A stretch of 64,000 bases of DNA, taken from sequence record PQ362703.1. One strand, written 5' to 3'. How positions within the stretch are numbered: position 1 is the stretch's first letter; each line of letters opens with the position of its first letter. The position numbers were made by a program, and so were the translations under genes. The notes beneath the pieces were generated by a model, which saw only the letters and a list, made by a program, of their open reading frames with translations, ran no database searches and was not told the origin of the DNA. This document shows, piece after piece, positions 10,077 to 18,949 of this stretch. The DNA is from Escherichia phage vB_EcoP_PW8.

Positions 10077-10255
10077 TATTCACTAACATAGAAGATGCCA
10101 TTGAAGAATGTATCTTTCGTAGGTATCACACTGGTGTACAGAAACGACACTATGGTGTTGTGCAACTCAATGGTTATCAAATGGTTGTAAGAATTGTACG
10201 TAACAATAAACCTTTTAACTTTATGTGGAGTACTAAATCATGCGTAAATCATTAA
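10073..10255 (+). CDS. small early protein, hypothetical
   Basis: 60-aa ORF overlapping the upstream stop codon. Confidence 0.3.
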   Translation: MIFTNIEDAIEECIFRRYHTGVQKRHYGVVQLNGYQMVVRIVRNNKPFNFMWSTKSCVNH

Positions 10256-10368
10256 TCATGGGAACCAAAGAAGATGTACAGAAGATGAAAGGGCGTCTGG
10301 CTGCTAAGAAACAGGCATCTGAACCAGTACGTAAGATTGTTACCTTCAACCATCCATGTATCAAATAA
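10240..10368 (+). CDS. small basic protein (42 aa), below the track cutoff
   Basis: ATG at 10240 with GGAG 9 nt upstream, stop at 10366-10368, terminator immediately downstream. Read by eye. Confidence 0.3.
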   Translation: MRKSLIMGTKEDVQKMKGRLAAKKQASEPVRKIVTFNHPCIK

Positions 10369-10373
10369 CAAGG

Positions 10374-10405
10374 AGTCCTCCATTAGGAGGGCTTCTATTT
10401 TTTAT
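10374..10405 (+). terminator. intrinsic terminator
   Basis: AGTCCTCC-atta-GGAGGGCT (one G-U pair) followed by TCTATTTTTTATT. Confidence 0.55.
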
Positions 10406-10446
10406 TCTTGAATAGTTAGATATGTATTTAAATAGGAGAAATAACC

Positions 10447-10764
10447 TTGAACGAAATTGTTTGTATACTTCCACATTCAGCTAAGATAGCTGACCGGAAT
10501 ATACGTATCCACTTACCATTCCCACTAAGCAATCCATTCTCTCGTAATGAAAGAACCACAGTAGAAGATATAGAGGTAGCTTATGAAGCTTACCTTCGTA
10601 ATCGTCTTATTAGTGGTGACAAGTTAATTACAGCAGAGATGGAAAGGATTGCATCCTTTGTAACAGATAGTACAGGTAAGCCTGTAGGCCTAATAGGTAC
10701 TGAATCTGATGTAAATGTTATTCGTAAAATACTACTGGAGGCACTAAGTGAACAACCTCAGTGA
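10447..10764 (+). CDS. hypothetical early protein
   Basis: 105-aa ORF with TTG start in the track. Confidence 0.35.
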   Translation: MNEIVCILPHSAKIADRNIRIHLPFPLSNPFSRNERTTVEDIEVAYEAYLRNRLISGDKLITAEMERIASFVTDSTGKPVGLIGTESDVNVIRKILLEALSEQPQ

Positions 10765-10981
10765 TGTAATTGTAGGTAATGAGATATTCGTTGACCGAAA
10801 AGGCTATGCAAGAATTAAACTAAAGGGTACTAACAGAACTATTGTTCGTAAGGTGTACTCTAAACCTTTTAGCAATTTCTCTATTGATGAAGTACGCATT
10901 AATAACAAGATGTACTTCATAGATAGTAAAGTATCTGTATGCCATACAGATGGTAAAACCTCTCTTGAATATACTTACTAA
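10748..10981 (+). CDS. hypothetical early protein
   Basis: 77-aa ORF overlapping its neighbour. Confidence 0.3.
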   Translation: MNNLSDVIVGNEIFVDRKGYARIKLKGTNRTIVRKVYSKPFSNFSIDEVRINNKMYFIDSKVSVCHTDGKTSLEYTY

Positions 10982-10993
10982 GGAGTAAGCAAA

Positions 10994-11215
10994 ATGCTGT
11001 TCAGCACTAATTATGGAATCTGCCCAATCTGTAAGAAAGGAAGAGGAGTTGCTAATCATAAGAAGTGTAGTCGTATCCTACAGAAACAACGGAACCAGAA
11101 GGAATGGGATAAGATACTGGAAAATCAGCACAAAGATGAGTTCAAGGAGACAGCTATTAAAGCATCTACTCAGCTTATTCGTCGTACTAACTTCATAGAA
11201 GGCTACCAGAAATGA
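10994..11215 (+). CDS. small zinc-ribbon-like protein
   Basis: 73 aa with CPIC...HKKC cysteine/histidine spacing. Confidence 0.35.
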   Translation: MLFSTNYGICPICKKGRGVANHKKCSRILQKQRNQKEWDKILENQHKDEFKETAIKASTQLIRRTNFIEGYQK

Positions 11216-11466
11216 TTATTACGTATCCTACGGGCAAGAACGTGGAATATATGAAACATACTATTCAAGTGCCTCACTGGGTTAAGTATATAGCGTTATA
11301 TACTCGACAGTATAAGAGTGCTAATACCTCATTAATAGGATTCTCTAAGAAGCCTAAACTAACAGAAAACAATATCTGGGTATCCTCTGGGAGACAAGAA
11401 GAGATTGGTTTTTGCGATTTGAGTATTGTCGATAATAACATCTATGGGACATTGAGAAAGGTATGA
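11212..11466 (+). CDS. hypothetical protein
   Basis: 84-aa ORF, start overlaps upstream stop. Confidence 0.35.
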   Translation: MIITYPTGKNVEYMKHTIQVPHWVKYIALYTRQYKSANTSLIGFSKKPKLTENNIWVSSGRQEEIGFCDLSIVDNNIYGTLRKV

Positions 11467-11783
11467 AAACTATTCTAGTAGTTCATGATTCTACATTTAC
11501 TGATGTAGATAAGATGATGCGTAATATTGATTATGTATCTCAGACAAGCCAGGCATTCAACGAAGAGTTTACTCTCTACTGTAATGCTAAATCACCGCTG
11601 GTTCCTATTCTTAAGGAATCAGGTCTACCCTTCTCTACAGAGAACTTCCCGGAAGAACCAGACTATGTAATCTCATTTATCTATGACTTACATGATGGTT
11701 CTGAAATAAGTGAATTAGCTATGAACCAGTGGCGTAGTAAACGTCCTGTGTTCGCATTTCAGGTACTTAAACCAAAGGATTAA
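11463..11783 (+). CDS. hypothetical protein
   Basis: 106-aa ORF, start overlaps upstream stop. Confidence 0.35.
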   Translation: MKTILVVHDSTFTDVDKMMRNIDYVSQTSQAFNEEFTLYCNAKSPLVPILKESGLPFSTENFPEEPDYVISFIYDLHDGSEISELAMNQWRSKRPVFAFQVLKPKD

Positions 11784-11785
11784 AT

Positions 11786-12136
11786 ATGAAAGAAATCTTA
11801 GTATTCACTACCAATGTACTTGGGCAGCATACTAATGCTGCTGCCAAATTAGCTTATAAGAAACACGGTGCTCGCTGGGGTATGGCCTATGGTCATTATG
11901 GTAATAGCTTTGCCATTCCAGTAAGAGATGGCAATGGTAACCGAATTAAAGAGGGAGCTATTTATGGCTTCATCGAAGGCTTCATTGCCTATTCATCTTC
12001 TAATCCACAGTGGGATTTTAAAGTCATGAGTAATGACTATCTGGACCCATACCAGTTCATCAATGTAACAGGCAATGTACTGTTACCAGAAGCATGGCGT
12101 AAACACTTAGGTGATGCTTACAACTACTGGAGTTAA
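11786..12136 (+). CDS. hypothetical protein (Gly/aromatic-rich)
   Basis: 116-aa ORF. Motif GARWGMAYGHYGNSFAIP not recognised. Confidence 0.35.
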   Translation: MKEILVFTTNVLGQHTNAAAKLAYKKHGARWGMAYGHYGNSFAIPVRDGNGNRIKEGAIYGFIEGFIAYSSSNPQWDFKVMSNDYLDPYQFINVTGNVLLPEAWRKHLGDAYNYWS

Positions 12137-12138
12137 TA

Positions 12139-12399
12139 ATGACATATGAAGAACTGTGGTCTGCTCAAGTCAGAGCCAGAGCACTCACACGACACGATAT
12201 CTATTATGCATTACAAAATGAATTAAAGAGTCGTACTAAGCTGGGTCACATATCTGGTTTTATTAAGATACCTATGACTAGCCTAGTCTGGCCTTATCAA
12301 AAGAAAAGTAATGAGTTTAACAGTAATGGTCTGCATGTACGTATCGACTACCTTGGTCAAGAGAACAGTATTCGTATTACCTTTTGGACTAAGCGTTAG
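12139..12399 (+). CDS. hypothetical protein
   Basis: 86-aa ORF. Confidence 0.35.
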   Translation: MTYEELWSAQVRARALTRHDIYYALQNELKSRTKLGHISGFIKIPMTSLVWPYQKKSNEFNSNGLHVRIDYLGQENSIRITFWTKR

Positions 12400-12404
12400 G
12401 TAAC

Positions 12405-12419
12405 AGCTGCTCCGCAGCT
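12405..12419 (+). promoter_or_regulatory. candidate virion-RNAP hairpin promoter (AGCTGC-TCC-GCAGCT); could also act as terminator
   Basis: Perfect 6-bp stem with TCC loop, about 35 nt upstream of the RNAP II small-subunit gene. Followed by TTTTGG. Confidence 0.4.
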
Positions 12420-12452
12420 TTTGGTTATTAATCACATTTAGGAGAATAAGCG

Positions 12453-13268
12453 ATGTACTCATCTATTGAACATCAGAAGCAGCTCGAAAAACTATTCAAT
12501 AAAAATCAGCTCTTGCCTCGCATGAGGAAGGAATTCGAGGACTCCGAAGAAATTGACTTTAAGGCTTTTGCTGCCTATTTAGAAATTGATTATAAGCTGC
12601 TCATTGATGCAATGGTGCAGATTGCCCTACATAAACGTGCTGACATCCAAACTATGATTGGCTCTCTCATGAGTCATTCAGATGATGCTCAGTATATCGC
12701 TGACTGTCTGTATAAGATGGCAGAGAATGACTGCTTCAACTATGACCCTACCATCGACAAGTTCGGTGTTATTTATGAGATTAGTGAAGATGTACAGATG
12801 GAACTGGAAGCATTCCAGTACCCATTGCCTATCGTAAGTGCTCCTAAGCCTGTTAAGTGTAACCGTGATACTGGTTACTACGAAAGCAGAGGTAGCATCA
12901 TCCTCAAGAAGAACCATCATGAGATGGATGTCTGTCTTGACCATATCAACCGTATGAACAATCAACGTCTCTGCATTAACTGGGACGTTGCTAACTATGT
13001 AAAAGACTCCCGTCCTAACATGGATAAACCCAAAGAGGGTGAAACCCGTCAGGACTACGAGAAGCGTGTTAAAGCCTTTGAGAAGTACAGCCGTACAGCT
13101 AAGGAAGTAATGGAGCTAGTGACCAAAGAAGGTAATAACTTCTCCTTGGCTCATCGTTACGATAAGAGAGGACGCACTTACTGTTCCGGATATCATATAT
13201 CCTATCAAGGCACTTCCTATAACAAAGCTGTTATTGAATTTGCAGACAAAGAACTAGTAGAGGACTAA
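12453..13268 (+). CDS. phage RNA polymerase II small subunit (T7-like RNAP N-terminal part)
   Basis: 271 aa, immediately upstream of the catalytic subunit. Assignment by size and synteny with the N4 two-gene RNAP II. Confidence 0.45.
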   Translation: MYSSIEHQKQLEKLFNKNQLLPRMRKEFEDSEEIDFKAFAAYLEIDYKLLIDAMVQIALHKRADIQTMIGSLMSHSDDAQYIADCLYKMAENDCFNYDPTIDKFGVIYEISEDVQMELEAFQYPLPIVSAPKPVKCNRDTGYYESRGSIILKKNHHEMDVCLDHINRMNNQRLCINWDVANYVKDSRPNMDKPKEGETRQDYEKRVKAFEKYSRTAKEVMELVTKEGNNFSLAHRYDKRGRTYCSGYHISYQGTSYNKAVIEFADKELVED

Positions 13269-13774
13269 TGAAACCAACTCAAGCAGAGTTGATGGAACTA
13301 ATCGACTATGGCCCAGTGAATGGAACATTTCATTGGACTCATAGTCCATTGGTGTACATCAACGTAAGAGGTAAGGAGACTGGCTTATCAGGCTCCAGAG
13401 GACATCGAAAGATTGTCATTAATAAACAGGAATACAAGGCTCATCACGTAGCCTGGTGTATCATGACTGGTTCATGGCCTGAACAGGTGGATCATAATGA
13501 TACAAACCGGGCCAACAACCGTTGGAATAACCTACGTGAGGCAACTCATGCACAGAACATGTGCAATAGAACCATGAACAAGAATAACACTTCTGGATTT
13601 AAAGGTGTGCGTATTCGTAATGGTAAATACTTAGCCCAAATTCAAGTCAAAGGCACCAAAATAGCATTAGGTTCATTCACTGATCCAGTGGATGCTGCTA
13701 AGGCTTATGATGCTGCCGCAATTAAATACTTTGGTGAGTTCGCCAAAACAAACAAAGAACTCAATAACTATTAA
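13268..13774 (+). CDS. HNH homing endonuclease with AP2-like DNA-binding domain
   Basis: 168 aa. HNH-type signature (HHVAW...DHND...N) plus AP2-like C-terminus (SGFKGV...YGEFAKTN). ATG overlaps upstream stop (TAATG). Confidence 0.8.
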   Translation: MKPTQAELMELIDYGPVNGTFHWTHSPLVYINVRGKETGLSGSRGHRKIVINKQEYKAHHVAWCIMTGSWPEQVDHNDTNRANNRWNNLREATHAQNMCNRTMNKNNTSGFKGVRIRNGKYLAQIQVKGTKIALGSFTDPVDAAKAYDAAAIKYFGEFAKTNKELNNY

Positions 13775-13791
13775 TCCATTATGCGAGCCAA

Positions 13792-15036
13792 GTGGCTCAA
13801 GACGCTAAGGAACATAAAATGCAACTGTTAACCGCTCGTGAATACCTGAAAGTAGATATCGCCAATTCTTATGGCTTGGATAAAAAGACATGGGATGAAC
13901 GTATTGCTTGGTTTGATGAGAACGAAGCTAACCTGCTTAATCTGGTAGATGAAGCTGAAGATTCTGCTCTGTTCTTTGCTGGTGTAAACGCATGGAAAGA
14001 TATGAAAGCAGGTAAACCTATTGGTTATGCCGTAGCTCTTGATGCTACATCATCTGGCTTGCAGTTACTGGCCTGCCTGACTGGTGACCGTTCTGCTGCT
14101 GAACTGTGTAACGTAGTTAACTACATGGGCGAGAATGGTAAGCCATTACGTCGTGATGCTTATACAGTCATCTATCACAAGATGCTGGACATCCTTGGTG
14201 AAGCATCCCGTATTAAACGTAGTGACACTAAGCAGGCAGTTATGACTGCATTCTATGGTTCAGAAGCCAAGCCTAAAGAAGTATTCGGTGAAGGTATTCG
14301 TCTCAAGACTTTTGAGAATGTAATGGAAACTGTTGCTAGTGGTCCTTGGGCACTTAACAAGTTCTTACTGCAATGTGGTAATCCAGATGCCAACCGTTAT
14401 GTATGGGTACTTCCTGACAACTTCCACGCTGTCATTAAGGTCATGATTCCAGAAGTACAGACTGTTAACTTCTTAGGTAAGCCATTTGACATCACTCGTA
14501 TGGTTCAAGGTACTGAAGAGAAGACCCGTATGCTCTCTGCTAACATCACCCACTCTATTGATGGAATGGTGGTACGTGAGATGCTGCGTCGTTGTAACTT
14601 CGACATGAACCAGATGAGCTATGTTAAGGCTCTTTGTGAGGGAACTGGTGAATACACGGTAGGTTCTGATGATAATTATGAAATGGTTAATACACTATGG
14701 ACTAGTTATGAGAAGTCTGGATTCCTGTCTACCCGTATCTTTGATTATCTGGACTCAGAAACCATTGCATTGGTAGATACAGATGTAATCTTAGCTATGC
14801 TCAATACTATGCCTAAGAAGCCATTCCCTGTAATGACTGTACATGACTGCTTCCGTTGCCATCCTAACTACGGTAATGACCTACGTCGTCAGTACAATCA
14901 GATTCTGTCCGACATTGCTAAGAGTGACCTACTGGGTTTCATCCTGTCTCAGGTACTAGGACAAGAGTTCTCTGCTGGTAAGCTGGATGACAGCCTCTGG
15001 CAGGACATTCTTGAAACAGACTATGCGTTGAGTTAA
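13792..15036 (+). CDS. phage RNA polymerase II catalytic subunit (T7-like single-subunit RNAP)
   Basis: 414 aa. T7 RNAP-like motif A (ALDATSSGLQLLAC), motif B (RSDTKQAVMTAFYGS) and motif C (VHDCF). Confidence 0.75.
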   Translation: MAQDAKEHKMQLLTAREYLKVDIANSYGLDKKTWDERIAWFDENEANLLNLVDEAEDSALFFAGVNAWKDMKAGKPIGYAVALDATSSGLQLLACLTGDRSAAELCNVVNYMGENGKPLRRDAYTVIYHKMLDILGEASRIKRSDTKQAVMTAFYGSEAKPKEVFGEGIRLKTFENVMETVASGPWALNKFLLQCGNPDANRYVWVLPDNFHAVIKVMIPEVQTVNFLGKPFDITRMVQGTEEKTRMLSANITHSIDGMVVREMLRRCNFDMNQMSYVKALCEGTGEYTVGSDDNYEMVNTLWTSYEKSGFLSTRIFDYLDSETIALVDTDVILAMLNTMPKKPFPVMTVHDCFRCHPNYGNDLRRQYNQILSDIAKSDLLGFILSQVLGQEFSAGKLDDSLWQDILETDYALS

Positions 15037-15043
15037 TAAACTA

Positions 15044-15076
15044 GCCTCATTCCTTCGGGAGTGAGGCCTATTTTTT
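15044..15076 (+). terminator. intrinsic terminator (10-bp stem, TTCG loop)
   Basis: GCCTCATTCC-ttcg-GGAGTGAGGC followed by CTATTTTTTG. Confidence 0.65.
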
Positions 15077-15093
15077 GCTTGGAGGTAGCAACT

Positions 15094-15276
15094 ATGCTAA
15101 TCAATTTTGAAGTAATCTTTCAGCTAATACTGATAGTTTTATCTGTACTGGTTCTGGCTACGATAATCCGTGCCCACAAATCTAAGTTTGCTTACTGCTA
15201 CTATGGAGCATACTCACTTGGCTGTTTTGTAATAGCAGGATGGATAGCTTTTGCTATCTACTGCGTAAACAACTAA
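15094..15276 (+). CDS. small membrane protein
   Basis: 60 aa from ATG 15094 (GGAGG RBS). Two hydrophobic helices. Track start 15061 lies inside the upstream terminator. Confidence 0.35.
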   Translation: MLINFEVIFQLILIVLSVLVLATIIRAHKSKFAYCYYGAYSLGCFVIAGWIAFAIYCVNN

Positions 15277-15277
15277 C

Positions 15278-15303
15278 CCTCCTAACGGAGGATTTATTTT
15301 TTT
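15278..15303 (+). terminator. intrinsic terminator (short stem)
   Basis: CCTCC-taac-GGAGG followed by ATTTATTTTTTT. Confidence 0.5.
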
Positions 15304-15350
15304 ACATGTCATGTATACTAATCCTGCTATTTACTTATGAGGAAATTGAT

Positions 15351-16184
15351 ATGCCAACTTTGAAAGTAGGTTTTAACAAAACCACTAATGTTGTAACCGT
15401 ACTGGATGCCGGTGGTTCTATCCCGGGTGGTTCCGTAGAAGTAGGAACCTTTGTACACCCGGACGCCACTTACCCAGATAGCTTAGTTATCTTCCATGGT
15501 GTTCGTGATCTGCTGTATAAACGCTCTGCTAAAGATCCTAGTAAAGCAGGCTTCTGGCCTAACAATATCGTGGATATGCAGTCTATCTCTATTGATATGA
15601 AAGCTACCCCACGACTGACTATTGCTACTAAACTAGCTCGTGTAGTCTCCGCTATCGAAGGTGAAGACATCAACTGGCATGTTGATGTAGCGGGTGGCAA
15701 AGCACCATTTACTTATAAATGGCAGTTCAAAGCTGATACTGCTGGTGCAGCATTCGCTGATATTAGCTCCAGTACTAACCAATCAGCTGCTACTGCAACG
15801 CTGACCCTTAAAGGCGTAACAGCTGCTTCTGCTGGTACTTACAAAGTGATTGTTACTGATGCTAATGGAACCACGGTAGAAGATGAGTCACTGCTGGCTG
15901 TAGGCTACTACGAAGCAAGCTCTCTGGTAGCTACTCCTGCTTCACTGGATCTGTCTGTTGCTGCTGATATTACCGATGGCAAGACTGTAACCATTGTTGC
16001 TATGCCTGTTGGTTCTTCTTCTGGTGCTTTATCTATCAAGACTGCTCCAGAATCTGGTCGTGCTACAGCTACCATTGCTGGTAACGTACTGACAGTTAAG
16101 CCTGTGGCTGCTGGCGATGCTACTTCTGTAGTAGTTACCAACGGTACTGTCGATGTAACTATCCCTATTACTGTTGCAGAATAA
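15351..16184 (+). CDS. Ig-like domain protein, probable capsid decoration protein
   Basis: Start placed at ATG 15351 (GAGGA RBS); track start 15240 overlaps the terminator. Ig-like segment (FTYKWQFK...GTYKVIVTD) and Ala/Thr/Val-rich beta repeats. Confidence 0.5.
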   Translation: MPTLKVGFNKTTNVVTVLDAGGSIPGGSVEVGTFVHPDATYPDSLVIFHGVRDLLYKRSAKDPSKAGFWPNNIVDMQSISIDMKATPRLTIATKLARVVSAIEGEDINWHVDVAGGKAPFTYKWQFKADTAGAAFADISSSTNQSAATATLTLKGVTAASAGTYKVIVTDANGTTVEDESLLAVGYYEASSLVATPASLDLSVAADITDGKTVTIVAMPVGSSSGALSIKTAPESGRATATIAGNVLTVKPVAAGDATSVVVTNGTVDVTIPITVAE

Positions 16185-16234
16185 GGGTATTCTTTGTTTG
16201 GGGTTATAAACCCTGAAATAAAACTCCCAAGTTT

Positions 16235-16264
16235 GACCTCCCTATTGAAGGGAGGTCTTTTTTT
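16235..16264 (+). terminator. intrinsic terminator
   Basis: GACCTCCC-tattgaa-GGGAGGTC followed by TTTTTTT. Confidence 0.7.
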
Positions 16265-16289
16265 GACTTAAAAATCCTGGAGCCAGGAA

Positions 16290-16478
16290 ATGTATAAAGA
16301 AATTGCATTCTTCTCGTTCTTACTTGGTGGTTTGATAGGTGCAGGATTTGTAGCTATTTCTAATACCTACTTTGGTTCTACCCCAAACTCTGTAACACAA
16401 ACCCTCAAGCATGAATGTGAATTGAATATCCCTCGTAATCAAAACTGTGTAATGCAGTTCATACCGGAGAAGAGATGA
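16290..16478 (+). CDS. small membrane protein
   Basis: 62 aa, GGAG RBS, one hydrophobic helix. Confidence 0.35.
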   Translation: MYKEIAFFSFLLGGLIGAGFVAISNTYFGSTPNSVTQTLKHECELNIPRNQNCVMQFIPEKR

Positions 16479-16660
16479 AATTAACCCAGTCCCAGATTAT
16501 TTTCCTTCGCATGGTTCAAGGTGGTTCTGCCACCAGCAACCGTAATAACAAAACTGCACAGTCTCTTAAGAAACTGGGCTTAGTACAGTTCAATACTGGT
16601 CTTGGGTGGTCATTAACCCCTATCGGTGTACTTCAACTCAGTGAAATGAAAGGTAACTAA
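16475..16660 (+). CDS. small protein, possible helix-turn-helix
   Basis: 61-aa ORF. Confidence 0.3.
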   Translation: MKLTQSQIIFLRMVQGGSATSNRNNKTAQSLKKLGLVQFNTGLGWSLTPIGVLQLSEMKGN

Positions 16661-16990
16661 ATGAAAACTTTACTTAAAGGTGTTGCTGTAGCTGCACTGA
16701 TAGCTTTGGTTCCAAATGCACAGGCAATTAAACCAGAACCAATTCTGGAAGGTGCTCAGGCTTACCTGGATGACACTCGTGATGCGTTCGGACAAGGATT
16801 CTTCATGGGCAGTATGATCTCTTACATCGAGAACACTAATAACTGTGTTCCTGAAGGTATTAAGTATTCAGTCATTCTGCCTAAGATTGCCAAAGTAGTT
16901 ATTTACGACTCTGCAATCCTCAAGATGAAGAATACATCTCAAATTGTTGTGTACTCAGTACACAAGGCATACCCCTGCACCAAATCTTAA
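16661..16990 (+). CDS. secreted/periplasmic small protein
   Basis: 109 aa with signal-peptide-like N-terminus (MKTLLKGVAVAALIALVPNAQA). Confidence 0.4.
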   Translation: MKTLLKGVAVAALIALVPNAQAIKPEPILEGAQAYLDDTRDAFGQGFFMGSMISYIENTNNCVPEGIKYSVILPKIAKVVIYDSAILKMKNTSQIVVYSVHKAYPCTKS

Positions 16991-17024
16991 TCAGTAATTC
17001 CATTAGCTTTAGGAGAGTAAGTAA

Positions 17025-17224
17025 ATGGCAAGCATCGACTCCTTGACTGTATGTAATTCACGTCAAGCTCGTAACTTTATTATCCGTGCCCTGAAAGCAG
17101 GTAACGTACCGTTCCTGACTTCATCACCAGGCATGGGTAAATCTGCAATTATTCGTTCTATTGCAGAAGAATTTGGTATGAAGCTGATAGACCATCGTCT
17201 GTCTACTTCTGCCCCGGAAGACCT
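17025..17224 (+). CDS. MoxR-like AAA+ ATPase, exon 1
   Basis: Contains Walker A (SSPGMGKSA). Frame stops 2 codons after the proposed 5' splice site at 17224. Confidence 0.55.
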
Positions 17225-18098
17225 TAACTAATAGGGCTTTGTGAGGGTGACCTCACATCGAAAGCTATCTAAATGGGGAAACTCCTACTATTACAGGGAA
17301 ACCATGATACACTCTGGTTTCCCAATAGAGGACAATCCCATGCTAAATATTAATGAAAGTTGGAAAGACATTGTTGGTTATGAAGGTTACTACGAAGTCT
17401 CTACGCATGGTCGTGTTAGAAATACCCATACAGGTATGATAAAGAACCAATGTGTACAGACTAGCGGCAAGTATCTACAAGTTAGTTTGTGGAAAGGCAA
17501 CAAAGAAAAAAGATGTTTAGTACATCGCTTAGTTGCTATAGCCTTCATTCCTAACCCCGAAGACAAGCCTCAAGTAAACCATTTAGACAAAAATGATAAG
17601 AACAACCATGTTCAAAATTTGGAATGGGTAACCATATCCGAGAATCATTTACATGCATTTGCTAATGGTAGAAAAGGCTCCAAATCCCGACTAGGTGAAA
17701 AAACTAGTAAAGCCTCTCAGTATCGATATGTGTACTGGGATACCAAAAGAGCTGTTTGGAAAGCATCTATAAAGATAGACGGCAAAACAGTAAACATTGG
17801 TAGATTCAATACTGACCTAGAAGCAGCTTTAGCCGCTGATGAGGCAATTGATTCCTGGGGCTGGGATAGAATTAAAAACTTTCAATAATTAAATGCCTAA
17901 CGACTATCGAAAACACGTAGTGATACGGAAGTGAGTAGAGTAGGGTGCAAGCCAATGGCACTCGAAAAGATAGCCACCCGGACAGGTAAAGCTGAGGGTG
18001 TTGATATAGTCTGGTCTGCGTAGTAATACGTAGCTGTATATGTCCAACTCGCATATACGGGTAGAGCCTTGCAAACTCTACTGAACATAACGTAGTGG
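17225..18098 (+). mobile_element. group I intron carrying an HNH homing endonuclease gene
   Basis: P-like (17271-17303, GGGGAAAC/CAGGGAAACC), Q-like (17334-17343 AATCCCATGC), R-like (17895-17909 GCCTAACGACTATCG) and S-like (18001-18014 TTGATATAGTCTGG) elements. Exon ACCU can pair with intron GGGU at 17245-17248. Last intron nucleotide is G at 18098. Splicing restores a DLLP motif. Confidence 0.6.
17340..17888 (+). CDS. intron-encoded HNH homing endonuclease
   Basis: Motifs WKDIVGYEGYYEVSTHGRVRN, HRLVAIAF...NHLDKNDKNNHVQNLEWVT and an AP2-like C-terminus. Start uncertain: ATG 17340 or 17304, or track start GTG 17241. Confidence 0.75.
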   Translation: MLNINESWKDIVGYEGYYEVSTHGRVRNTHTGMIKNQCVQTSGKYLQVSLWKGNKEKRCLVHRLVAIAFIPNPEDKPQVNHLDKNDKNNHVQNLEWVTISENHLHAFANGRKGSKSRLGEKTSKASQYRYVYWDTKRAVWKASIKIDGKTVNIGRFNTDLEAALAADEAIDSWGWDRIKNFQ

Positions 18099-18945
18099 TT
18101 TGCCATTCCGTAATGGTGACCGTGCAGAGTTTATTCCATTCGCTGACTTATTTCCCATTGAGGGAGACGAAGTACCCGAAGGTTATAATGGCTGGCTCCT
18201 GTTCCTTGATGAGTTCAACTCAGCTAGGAAAGAAGTGGTAGCTGCTGCATACAAACTGATTCTCGACCGTATGACTGGTCAGAAAAAACTTCATCCCAAT
18301 GTGATGATTGTTTGTGCTGGTAACAAAGCTACCGACCGTGCAATTGTTAACCCACTAGGTACTGCAATGCAGTCTCGTGTGGTTCACTTTGAAATGGAAC
18401 TTAACTTCGACATCTTCGTTGAAGACGTAATGATTCCACAACAATGGGATGAACGTCTGGTTGCATTTCTACATGCTAACCCTGGCTATCTGCACGACTT
18501 CGACCCTGCTCATAAGAACAAAACATTCTGTTGTCCTCGTACCTGGGACTTTGTTAACAAAGATCTCAAGAACCAACCAGAAGGTGCATTGCCTGACGAG
18601 GATTCCCTGTACTACAGTGGATTTGTTACACCAGGTAAGGCTGTAGAGTTTGTTCAGTTCACCCAGGTGTACAATCGTATCATTACGATCGAAAAGGTAG
18701 TCAAAGACCCATTGGGCTGTGCACTACCAGAAGATAACAACCTGTGCTGGGCTACCGTTAACCACTTGGCTAACAAAACTACTGAAGAGAACTTCGCTGA
18801 TGTTCTTCAGTACATTGAACGCTTTAAAACGTTCACTCATAAGATTCTGTACTTCCGTACAGTAGGCAGAGCATTGCCAGAACTTCAGGCTACCCCTGAA
18901 TGGCGTAAGGCTGCTGCTAATATCTCTCGTTACATTCACGGATAA
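18099..18945 (+). CDS. MoxR-like AAA+ ATPase, exon 2
   Basis: Begins LPFRNGD and contains Walker B (LLFLDEFN) about 45 residues after the exon 1 Walker A, then ...IVCAGN. Frame is open from 18091. Confidence 0.55.
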
Positions 18946-18949
18946 AACA

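Noticed and set aside
15240-15350. Track start at 15240 for the Ig-like protein
   Set aside because: This stretch overlaps the terminator at 15278-15303; an ATG with RBS at 15351 is the better start.
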